Below are positions 38,138-48,564 of a DNA stretch of 64,000 bases, in pieces (the stretch's first letter is position 1; each line of letters begins with the position of its first letter). A program made the position numbers and the translations under genes. Location of the stretch: contig NC_135666.1 of assembly GCF_964188315.1 (NCBI RefSeq), positions 40,982,001 through 41,046,000 of the forward strand, given 5' to 3'. The notes under the pieces were generated by a model. The model was not told the DNA's origin and searched no databases. It saw only the letters and a list, made by a program, of their open reading frames with translations. The DNA comes from Podarcis muralis. Its lineage: Eukaryota.

Positions 38138-38362
38138 CAGTGGTACCTCGGGTTAAGTACTTAATTCGTTCCGGAGGTCCGTTCTTAACCTGAAACTGTT
38201 CTTAACCTGAAGCACCACTTTAGCTAATGGGGCCCGCCGCCGCACAATTTCTGTTCTCATCCTGAAGCAAAGTTCTTAACCTGAGGTACTATTTCTGGGT
38301 TAGCGGAGTCTGTAACCTGAAGCGTATGTAATCTGAAGTGTATGTAACCCGAGGTACCACTG
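38138..38362 (+). mobile_element. Tc1/mariner MITE
   Basis: TIR CAGTGGTACCTCGGGTTA / TAACCCGAGGTACCACTG; TA duplications. Confidence 0.93.
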
Positions 38363-38389
38363 TACCACCCTCTCAAAATATGGACAGTG

Positions 38390-38477
38390 ATACACTCCAA
38401 CATTCTGCATGAAAATAGGGATATTCTGTGGTTTAGAATGAAATGTCTCTATTTTCATGAGGAATGTTGGAGGGTAC
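38390..38477. mobile_element. Short palindromic MITE (CATACCCTCCAACATT-type TIR)
   Basis: About 30-bp imperfect inverted arms; same terminus family as 61069-61414. Confidence 0.65.
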
Positions 38478-39152
38478 TATGGAGGTATGAGTTTTATTTG
38501 TATTTTTGAAAAGGTAACATGTGGGGGGGGATTAAATCAAATTTGAGTGGGGAAAACCATGAACTTCTACTTTTGCTGCTACCTTTTACTTTAGTCACAC
38601 AGCCAAAGCTATACTGAAATACACCCCAGATTTGTCAATTATTTCTCTGGCCAACAATCACTTCTGCACCAGGAAAGACAGGAGTGCGGGGGTGGGCAGC
38701 TTCAAAGTACCAGTAATTCTCCATTGTCTGAATCTAAAGAAAAATCTAGAGTGACCCACATACAAAGGAAGCTCATAGAATGAGTTCAAAACGACACACG
38801 TCCATTGTTTAGAGAAAGGAATCCTGGGTCATTTTGAAGCCATTTGAGGGTTGTAAATTTCTCTATAAGCATTCTTTGGCTAAAAACACTAAAGGCAGGA
38901 GGAGGGCGGAACCTCATATTACATGAATATAATTTAAAAGTACATGGATATCAATGAATATCAAGGATTTCACCAGTACAAAACTGATATGGACAACCAC
39001 CTCAGACCAAAAGCATGCCCACACCATATATCTCAATAAAGTATCTCCAGCATTATACCTACAACATCTATCAGATAATTTCTTGCCTTTAGTCTCTTCT
39101 TCAAGAAAAAACAAAACTATGCAGCCCTGTTCATTAAAAGTAACAAACTATA

Positions 39153-39514
39153 AAAGGTAAAGGTAAAGGACCCCTTGACAGTTAAGTCCAGTCGCGAACA
39201 GCTCTGGGGATGCGGCACTCATCTCGCTTTACTGGCTAAGGGAGCCAGCATTTGTCCACAGACAGTTTTTCCAGGTCATGTGCCAGCATGACTAAGCCGC
39301 TTCTGGCGAAACCAGAGCAGTGCACGGAAACGCCGTTTACCTTCCTGCCGAAGCAGTACCTATTTATCTACTTGCACTTTGAGGTGCTTTCGAACTGCTA
39401 GGTTGGTGGGACCGAGCAACGGGAGCTCACCCCGTCGTGGGGATTCAAACCACCTACCTTCTGATTGGCAAGCCCTAGGCTCAGTGGTTTAGACCACAAA
39501 GCCACCCGCGTCCC
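39153..39514 (-). mobile_element. Sauria SINE, full length
   Basis: 13-bp TSD GTAACAAACTATA (39140-39152 and 39516-39528). Confidence 0.95.
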
Positions 39515-41350
39515 TGTAACAAACTATAGCTAAGATCATTTCCATTGGCACTATATGTAGAATTTGGAAACATGACCTCCAGATTTTCTACTGAGCATGT
39601 ATGAGGCCACTGGATCCAGTTCTGTTTTCCCCCATCTTCATGTTCATATCCACAGATATGTCACATGAGCAGAGCTCACATAGCTGAATATTAACATTAA
39701 GATTTTAAAGCTATCAAACCACAGATATAGCTTCAGAGCACGCTAAGTAAAGTTTGCATTGCTAATGAGAGGGAGTGCCTACATTGTGTGCAATCAGCAG
39801 ATAACCTGGTCTGTCAATCCACATGGTCATGTTAATAATTACTTCTAATAACGCACATAATGTTACCCAGGACATCTCTATGCCTGTAAAACACAGCTGG
39901 TTTTCTCAGTACTCTATCTACCAGATCAATAATCAACATTGGGAATAAAGAAAGGAGCCAGCAGAGGGAACTTGCTTGTCAAAATACCTAATAATAGAAG
40001 AAAAAAGAAATCCCTATAAACTCATTTTCAATACAGATGAGAACCAATGATGCAAAGCTCTTAAAAATGCATGTTCTAGATGTGTTGTCATGCATGACTC
40101 ATCCCTTTATAGCTGATTTATTCAGTGTTGCTTCAGTAATTATGATAAATAATTAGGCAGTGATTTGAAATTCAACATAATAAGTTATAGCATTTTTACA
40201 TATTTTTTGTGAATCGCTGCTTCTGGTCGTATCAATGAAAAGTTTAACACTATGATAAACTGCTTCTCACACATTTGAGATAGAAATACGTATCTGTTTG
40301 AAGCCATCAAATTCAGCCAGAAAAAAAATCTGTCGTCTTTTTATATAAAAAATCTATCATCAGATAAAGCAATGGAATGAGCATCTGCTGTCTCAAATGT
40401 TCCTCTTTTTGTGAAGGCAATCAAACTCCCCACCCCTTCCGTACCTACAAAGCCACCTCAAACTCTGTGGTGTTCAACTTTTTCATATTAAAGCTCTTAG
40501 TATCTGAAGCCCTGTGATAAACCAAGCAGATGCCCTTCATGAAAATGGCGTTTTAGAGGTACTTAAATTACCATATCACTACATCATCAACAATTCTTTC
40601 CTAATTTTCACAATTACTTTCTTGTATGCTCTTAAATTATTACATTAAATGTTAACATTTTGTACTTTGGGGAACACACCTATTAATTCCCATGCTTACA
40701 ACCACACCTGAACCATCAACTAAATCCCAGTGTGAACACATGGAAACAGGGGGGCGGGGATAAATTAGCAAAGGAGAAACGTGCTCCTTGTGTTCAGCAA
40801 AATGAGGGGACAGATTGCTGGTTCTACCATTTCAAGCTGAAGTTTTTTGGGAGGTCGCTATTTTTGAATATCGCCTTCCATTAGAGTAACTCCCTGTAAC
40901 ACCAGTGCAGCAGACAAGGGGATGAACTTGAATGTTTCTCCACGATGTGCTTCAACTGCTTCAACTGCAGGGAGCTGTTTTTTATTTTTATTTTTTAAAA
41001 ATAATAATTGCATAAGCATTCAAATTAAGGTGACTAAGGGTCCTGCTTTACAGTGTCCTCTGTTTGAAGTGCCGTCAGAAGACAACCCTCTGTTTGAAGA
41101 AGTTCCCTACACTGTGCAAATCCATGCTCTCCTCAGTACTCTCTTCTTGCAATTACTCTTTTTGGCCATGTTCCAGTGGCCACACTAATTCAGGCAACCC
41201 TCTACCTGTAGTGACACAGCAATAGCACTAGTCAAAGGTAAACATCAACCAGTGTGGGTGCGATCATGATCACATACATTTACTCTCCAACACTTAATTA
41301 TCTTGTGCATGCCTATGCTATTTGGCTGCTTACTTCAAAGGGTTACTTAC

Positions 41351-41386
41351 TGTAGATGCCAATTAAACGGTACGATGGGGCATATT
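41351..41386 (-). CDS. Candidate 36-nt microexon (YAPSYRLIGIY in phase 1 or ICPIVPFNWHL in phase 2)
   Basis: TTTGATGTTTTGTTGCATGTGTAACAG| acceptor and ACA|GTAAGT donor; TGCATG upstream; CpG-retaining neighbourhood. Confidence 0.35.
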
Positions 41387-42304
41387 CTGTTACACATGCA
41401 ACAAAACATCAAAGGTATGACGATTGGATTTCGTCCAACATATCAGAATTCCCCAGAAACTGGCTCCCAAACAAGCAAATTCTATGCTTACTTGGACGGG
41501 CAAAAAACCAAGAGATTGAAATAATAATGATTGTGTCATGAATGTTTTCAAGTTTATTGTGAATTTCGGAACAAAAAGCTGCGAAGGGTAATGATCATTA
41601 CTTAACAGTTCCCAGTAGGATGCTTTACATGTGAAAGATCTTCCTAGAGCTAGACCAAATGCAGTAATTGGCTTTTAATGACAGTACTGCCTTTAATCAT
41701 TCATGGCAAACTAATACAGTATCTTTGCCAGACATAGAACTTGCTGTATGGACTTTATTAATTTCTGTACAACTGGGCCCTACAGGGAATATTCCTGTGA
41801 ATGACTAAAGGTCTTCAGGGACCATTTACTATGTACACAGCTACTTCAGAAATGTGATTATCTAAATAGAAATATTGCTACAAACTGTTATGGGTTTTTT
41901 TTTTGGGGGGGGGGAGATCCTACTAGCACCTATGCCTATCATGATTCATACAAGGCTAATAAAATACTGTGCCGTTATTGTAAAGAAGTGATGGAAATGT
42001 AAAATACAGCCAGCGCTGGGTATTTAAACAATGATGCCTATCAATAGGCCAGATGGGATTAGTCTTCAGGGTTTTTTTTTTTGTTTTTTTTTTGTTTAAA
42101 AGTTTTCTAGGCTACCTTTTAGGGTCATGTCTTTACAAGACAGCTTCCAGTAGATAAACACAATACATATTTGAAGTAAAAAAACAATAACACCATCCAA
42201 ATAACACAAAACACAAAAAACCATAAAACAAAGAGCACCTGACAACCATTAAAAGACCTTGTCTGATTATTTCCCAACATTTGATGGGGAGGAGGAAGAA
42301 GCGT

Positions 42305-42361
42305 ATACCACCATACCATACCATACCATACCATACCATACCATACCATACCATACCATAT
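42305..42361. repeat. (ATACC)n pentanucleotide microsatellite
   Basis: About 11 units. Confidence 0.95.
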
Positions 42362-42761
42362 TTATTTATTTATAGCATCATAGACTTACTGCAAAACACA
42401 ACTGATGTTAACACCTGAAATACACTTCACCATTTCCCCCAAATAGACCTTAACCTCTGGGAAATTGACCACATGATATTAACCTATGCACCTATGCTTC
42501 TCCATCACACCATTAGAGGAAAAGTGAGACAAAATATAATCTGTGACTGCAAGATCCTGGCTCTTTTCAGTGTCACTATCATCTACTTCAGGTAGCATGA
42601 ACAGAAGCATTCGCTGACTCTGCATTCATCCTAGATTATGAGATGATTGGGGGTGATTCAGGTGAGGTTTTTACAGTCCCAGGTTGGATTGCATGCTTCA
42701 CAAGGCATCAAAAGGTGGATCAAGGACTGCCGAATTTCCTGAATCACTCTATGGACTTGGG

Positions 42762-42899
42762 CAGGCATAGGCAAACTTGGCTCTCCAGATGTTTTTGAGA
42801 CTACAATTCCCATCATCCCTGACCACTGGTCCTGTTAGCTAGGGATCATGGGAGTTGTAGTCCCAAAAACATCTGGAGGGCCGAGTTTGCCTATGCCTG
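42762..42899. mobile_element. Palindromic hAT MITE
   Basis: Perfect 8-bp TSD GACTTGGG; TIR CAGGCATAGGCAAACT. Confidence 0.93.
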
Positions 42900-42969
42900 G
42901 ACTTGGGTGTCCAAAAGAACACAGCAACTTGCCATTTAAAACAGAGTGAACACTGCATCTTGTTTTATT

Positions 42970-42972
<3 letters not shown>

Positions 42973-42999
<27 letters not shown>
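42973..42999. repeat. (CA)n microsatellite
   Basis: Direct reading. Confidence 0.9.
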
Positions 43000-43008
<9 letters not shown>

Positions 43009-43753
43009 CCCAACCAACCAACCAAGCTGACTAGGAAAAGGAACTAAGCTCTAGTGGAGAGGAGGTGGAGTGGAGAGACGAGAAGTAGAGGGATATTTCA
43101 TTTTGATGGACAGGTCTGTGTTTTAATCACAGTGAATTATATTCCCAGGGCACTGCAATCACAGTGATTTGTAGGAGGGATGTTTGCAAAATTTAAGAGA
43201 GTAGAGACATTCCACCTTTTCTCCCCCTATGTTCAGCTGTACAGCTTCTTGTGATTTATTTGCTCCTTTTCATACTAACCCCTTTCTGTTTTTCAACAAA
43301 CATCTGCTTTAATTGTTACTTTTTATTCCATTTGTTTTAAACTTCTCTTAGATTTTCCATACCTCTTTTGCTGCATGCATTTAGTTCCAACATCTTTTCT
43401 TCTGGCTCTATATTACTTGTCCCTCCTGTCTTCCATCGTAGTGTACTTATGGATTCATTACATTGAATTCTGGCTGTCCAACATTGTTAGTAAAGTTATT
43501 ATTAAATTGCTCTCCCTTCACTTTTTAACCACTCAGCTAAGCCTCCTTATCCCTTAAGTAAGCTCCCAGTTGTGTTGGTCATCGATAGCCTACTATGACC
43601 CACTTACCTTGGGGCACCTCTATCAGCTTTCAGACTGAGTGCCCACACAACACTACAGGTGGTTAAGTGATTTTTATTTCATCCATCCCACAATGTTCTG
43701 CCCTCATTCTGAAAGTTGGGGAGCTTTCTCCCCTCAGATGGAGCAACCATGAA

Positions 43754-43901
43754 GCCGGGATAGCTCAGTAGATAGAGCATGAGACTTTTAATCTCAGGTT
43801 TGTAGGGTCAAGCCCTATGTTGGGCAAAAGAATCCTGCATTGCGGGGGTTGGACTAGATGACCCTTGTGGTACCTTCCAACCATACAGTTCTGTGATTCT
43901 A
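43754..43901 (+). mobile_element. tRNA-Lys(UUU)-derived SINE with CR1-type tail
   Basis: Head GCCGGGATAGCTCAGTAGATAGAGCATGAGACTTTTAATCTCAGG aligns to tRNA-Lys(UUU); tail GGGGGTTGGACTAGATGACCC...CCTTCCAAC...TTCTGTGATTCT. Confidence 0.85.
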
Positions 43902-44239
43902 AATCATATTCCATTAAAAAAAGCGTTCTAAATAAAAAAAAAAGTGCTATACTTTTTCTTTTTTTAAGAAACCATTCTAAAGATTCCTTCATGATAGCCT
44001 TTGGGTAGATCTGCCTACAATTTGGCAGGCATAATCCACTGAAGATGGACTTCTGTGCCCACAAATTTTACCAACTTCAGAGATGAAGATCCCTGCCCCC
44101 TTTAGTTGAATGGGGGACAGAGCTTCAGATAAGCCTGTCCTTGTGAAATGATCACTTTAACTAACATTCTGAAAGGCAGCAAGCTTTATCCCCTCAGAAT
44201 TGGCAACCATGCTTGCAACTGCATCACATTCTGGCAGAA

Positions 44240-44241
<2 letters not shown>

Positions 44242-44296
<55 letters not shown>
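44242..44296. repeat. Compound (CT)n(CA)n microsatellite
   Basis: Direct reading. Confidence 0.95.
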
Positions 44297-44302
<6 letters not shown>

Positions 44303-44530
44303 GGCTGAATCTTAATGGAATTTGGCAGACTTAATCCACTCTGGAGGGGCTGCAAATTTGCCTGCAAATTTCATCCACTTATGAGAAGAAGCTACAGTCA
44401 GTTTTAGGTTCCCCATTATAGTAAATGTGGGAAGGACAGGGTTTTGGCTTTAACAGAACTTCTTCAGAAACAAATAACAAATCAAACTGAAAAATCAGAG
44501 CAATTCCAAATCCATTGTTTTATTTATTTA

Positions 44531-45210
44531 CTAAGTATTAGTAAGACAAAGGAGATAGTGTTGGACTTCTGGAGGAAGAGAGGGGAACCTGCCCCGTTGT
44601 ATTTTGGGGGGGCTGTGTGGAGAGAGTCTCCTCCTTTAAATTCCTGGGTGTTTACCTTATTGAGGATCTCACTTGGAAAATCAACATAACTCAGGTGGTC
44701 AGAAAGGCCCAACAAAGAGTCAATTTCCTCAGGGTCTTGCGAAAGAATAATGTTAAACAACAACTGATGAACTCCTTTTACCGGTCCACAATAGAAAGTG
44801 TCCTTACATATTGTACCACAGTGTGGTATGCTGGCCTGACATGCACGGATAGAAAGTCTCTACAGAGGGTGGTGAATACAGCACATGATATCATGGGCTG
44901 TCCCTTGAGTCCGCTAGATGACATCGCAAGGGATCGTTGCCTTAGGAGAGCGAGAAAAATTCTCAGGGCTGACTCACACCCTGGCCATCACCTCTTTAAT
45001 CTTCTACCCTTGGGCAGGAGATATAGAAGTATAATCAGCCATACCAACAGGCTAAAAAATAGCTTCTATCTGTGGGCTGTTGAATGGAAAATAACATAGC
45101 AAAATTGACTTGCAAGGTAGTGTGTTGTTTGATAAGAGACTGAGTGTTTGGGCGGGGAGCGAGGCTCATTTAATTTCATTGTACACAGGTTGTACAATGA
45201 CAATAAAGGT
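44531..45210 (+). mobile_element. Rex1/Babar-type non-LTR retrotransposon, 5'-truncated (RT C-terminus plus 3' UTR)
   Basis: SKTKEIVLDF, then after one frameshift a 160-codon frame ERVSSFKFLGV...AQQRVNFLRVL...FYRSTIESVLTYC...HPGHHLF...GRRYRS...TNRLKNSFY; AATAAA; flanking ATTGTTT(T)ATTTATTTA duplication. Confidence 0.85.
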
Positions 45211-47883
45211 ATTGTTTATTTATTTATTTTCATTAATATACTGCCTTTCATCACAAGATCAGCATCACTATTGATGCCAATATTAGGTGAATCTTGTAGC
45301 TGTTGCACATTCCTTGTATTTATACAATTTTTGTATATATATTTTAAAGTGTGTGTATGTGTGTGTCCAGTAGCTGATACTGTGTAAACAGTATACACCT
45401 TTGAAGAAGCTGATGTTGAGTTATGTCTCCTGAAATCCTACATAACAACTTGTTTCCAAAAATTTGCTCTAAAAACTATGTTAGCTGCCCATTAAATGCC
45501 AAAAATGATCAGGGAGACAAATGAAATCAGGCAATATGTGGTTTCTATAAGAAGCAGAATTGGACCCAATGCTTCTAAAGTCCTATACGTTGAGTTTCTT
45601 TAGATATATATAAAAACTCTGAGAAACAGAGAGCAGAGTGAATTAGAAAGCTGAACTGACATTTGAAGAAAGAAGATACTATCTCTCTTCTTAGCGAAAG
45701 AAAAAAACAAAATGAGATGGTTAGCAAGGGTGAATAATGAAAAGATAGCATAATCCATTTCAAACTCAACAAAAGTTCTCCTTCAATTAAAAACCTATTG
45801 ATAACCTATTTATCTAGCAGAACCATGCTGTTTCTGTTGCAACATGTTTGCCACTCTTCAGTCTCCTTGTAATTAATAAGGTTCAATATGGTAAGGGGCT
45901 TAAATAGCATCCTTCCATTCTCTCTACCCACTATGAAGTGGAAGCCACACAGCACCTATAACAGTTCAATCAGCCGTAAGAACATTCAGCCAAAAGGCCT
46001 AAATGGTGCCTAAAAGACTGGACACGTTTGTGAGCCGTTGGGCAAGAGAGGCAACAGCGAGAAAATCCTTGGCTTTGATTGGTTCATTCTGAAGGTGATC
46101 TGAAGAGGTGGGCAGGGCTTGACCCCTATTTAAGGCAGTCTCTCCGTTTGCAGCATCACCTGACCTTCCCCCCTGTCTCCCAGTGCGCTTCAGGATCACA
46201 ACTAGGGAGCAATGTAGGAATTTTTCTGAAGAAACAGCTTCATTTTGGATGTCCTGAATCCACAGATGCCCGGGTTATTTCATTGGATGAGCCCAGGTTT
46301 GAAGAATTCTGAGTGATGAATAAACATTTCTACCTGCTTTTTCAACACCATGACTCAAAGGTGCATGGCACAAAGTCTCAAAGGTTTTGGTATACATCTG
46401 TAAGCACCCTAAGTGGTGCACATGAATGGCAGCAGGGGAAATGTTGGGATTGTATATCCCTCACACAAAACATAGGTTTGTATTTCGTATCATGGAAGCA
46501 TTTCCTTCAATATTCCATTCTGAACAAGTTTCACTACTGACAATGAACTCTGTTGCTCTTCCTCCTCCTCCTCTGCTCTTCCCCAAAGCATCCTTCAAAC
46601 ATAGTGTATTATGTTTTTCAATCAGCTAGAGAAGAAATCTGATTGTCCATGCCTTGGAATTCTATGTAGCTTATGACTGAAGGTGAATTGTACTTTGGTT
46701 GCCTGCATGTGAAGCCAAAGACCAGCAACAATGCAAACAAGCAAAATTTATTGTGAAACCCCAGGGATCAGTTTGCAGCATTTCTAATGCTGTTGAGAGC
46801 ATACAGTTTCCTGGAGAGACAAACTCATCTGAACTGCAAAGGAGGTTCAGTATAGCAATAAAACCATCAAAGATTTATTCAACACAAAAAATCGGACTGA
46901 ACCAGCCCCCCCCCCCAACCATGACCTTTTCATAATCAAACCGCAATAATAATGTAAACAGGGCCAAGAGGCTGGGGGAGCTCTGGCAAAATAAACATGT
47001 TTCTGTTTTTCTGTTTCAACATAAAACATTAGAACTGAAGATTCCTAACATGTCATGCAGGCTCTGTTTGTGTACTCTACTCTATGGTGTCAGCCTGCAC
47101 TTTCCATAATTATTACTGTGTTTACAAATGCAAGGATGTGGGGTCAATCGGATTCCTTGTCTGCTACAACCAGTTAGCTAAGAATGGGTTTATAGCCTGC
47201 TGTGAAATATTTTAAAGTAGTAACATGTTAGGTTTCACTTTTGGAAAACAAAAACAAAACAGCTGCCCTCCACAGGGCAGTGTGGGAATTCTGTATATGT
47301 GCAACATATATAGGTTGTGCTTTTCAGTATAGAGAGATTTTGGAACTGGACAGGAAACTATGCTGCTCTGAGCATCCTATTATAATTCTGCAGAATGGCG
47401 CTATCAGTGTCAGTCTCAGCACAGCACGCTGTCATTATATGGATCTTCCCATCCCATTCTCACCAGGCATATGCTGCTCACATATTCTCACAGGTTAGCC
47501 CAAATAACGAATCCAGAATCTACTGAACATTTACACAACCAAGAAGCTTTTTTCAAAGTAGAGCTTTGGAAAAGTAATGCACAATGGCTATGGTGCCACA
47601 AGAACTGGTATGAGCTACTGTAATTTCACTAGAATTGTTACCCGAGTTTTCAATATCAATTATATATCTCCACTTAACTTCTTCTGTGGTTAGTGAGAAC
47701 AACCCATGATCACACTATGGTTTCATATCATGCTGTGATATGATATGAATATCCCTAGTTGAGATATCCCAAGGAGAACTGTGGCTAGTTTCAAATAGAG
47801 CCTTGCGGGAAGAAGAGAGGAGGGAAGGGGAAGTGTGTGAGCTCTGGGCTTGACACAGCTCATGCCTATATTGAAGGGACGAT

Positions 47884-47985
47884 GGCCCTCAACATGTTGC
47901 TGGACTATAACTCCCATCAGCCCCAGCCAGCATGGCCAATGGTCAGGGACGCTGGGATTTGTAGTCTAGCAACACCTGGAGAGTT
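47884..47985. mobile_element. Older diverged palindromic MITE related to the hAT MITE core
   Basis: GGACTATAACTCCCATCA ... TGGGATTTGTAGTCT arms; termini eroded. Confidence 0.6.
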
Positions 47986-48036
47986 AACAATCCCTGCTAT
48001 CATGGAAAAGCATGGTTTCCTATTATGCCTGAATGT

Positions 48037-48143
48037 AACCCATGATTTCAAGTACCGGTACTTAATAACTTCAGGATCGGACTATGTTTTACCAGGGCTT
48101 TTTTTTTGTCAGGTGGGAGTCATTGACATCATAAGAGAACAAG
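48037..48143 (+). repeat. Left copy of ~105-bp direct duplication flanking a SINE
   Basis: Aligns end to end with 48463-48564. Confidence 0.95.
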
Positions 48144-48462
48144 CGCCGATCAGAAGGTTGGCGGTTCGAATCTCCGCGACGGGGTGAGCTCCTGTTGTTC
48201 GGTCCCAGCTCCTGTCAACCTAGCAGTTTGAAAGCACGTCAAAGTGCAAGTAGATAAATAGGTACCGCTGTGGCAGGAAGGTAAACGGCATTTCCATGCA
48301 CTGCTTTGGTTTCGCCAGAAGCAGCTTAGTCATGCTGGCCACATGACCCAGAAAAACTGTCTGCAGACAAACATCGGCTCCCTCGGCCTGTAAAGCGAGA
48401 TGAGTGCCGCAACCCCAGAGTTGTTTGCGACTGGACTTAACTGTCAGGGGTACTTCACCTTC
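48144..48462 (+). mobile_element. Sauria SINE, 5'-truncated
   Basis: Begins at GCCGATCAGAAGG (head lost); degenerate ACTTCACCTTC tail. Confidence 0.92.
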
Positions 48463-48564
48463 AACCCGTGATTTCAAGTACTCCATAACTTCAGGATCAG
48501 ACTATGTTTTACCAGGGCTTTTTTCCCCCTCAGGTGGGTGCCATTGCCATCATAAGAGAACAAG
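48463..48564 (+). repeat. Right copy of ~105-bp direct duplication
   Basis: Aligns with 48037-48143. Confidence 0.95.

Noticed and set aside
42125-42354. MVWYG-repeat ORFs
   Set aside because: Translation of the (ATACC)n microsatellite; likewise the HT/CV-repeat ORFs at 37658-38110.
43754-43826. Functional tRNA-Lys gene
   Set aside because: Acceptor and T stems are disrupted, there is no poly-T terminator, and it runs straight into a CR1 tail, so it is a SINE.
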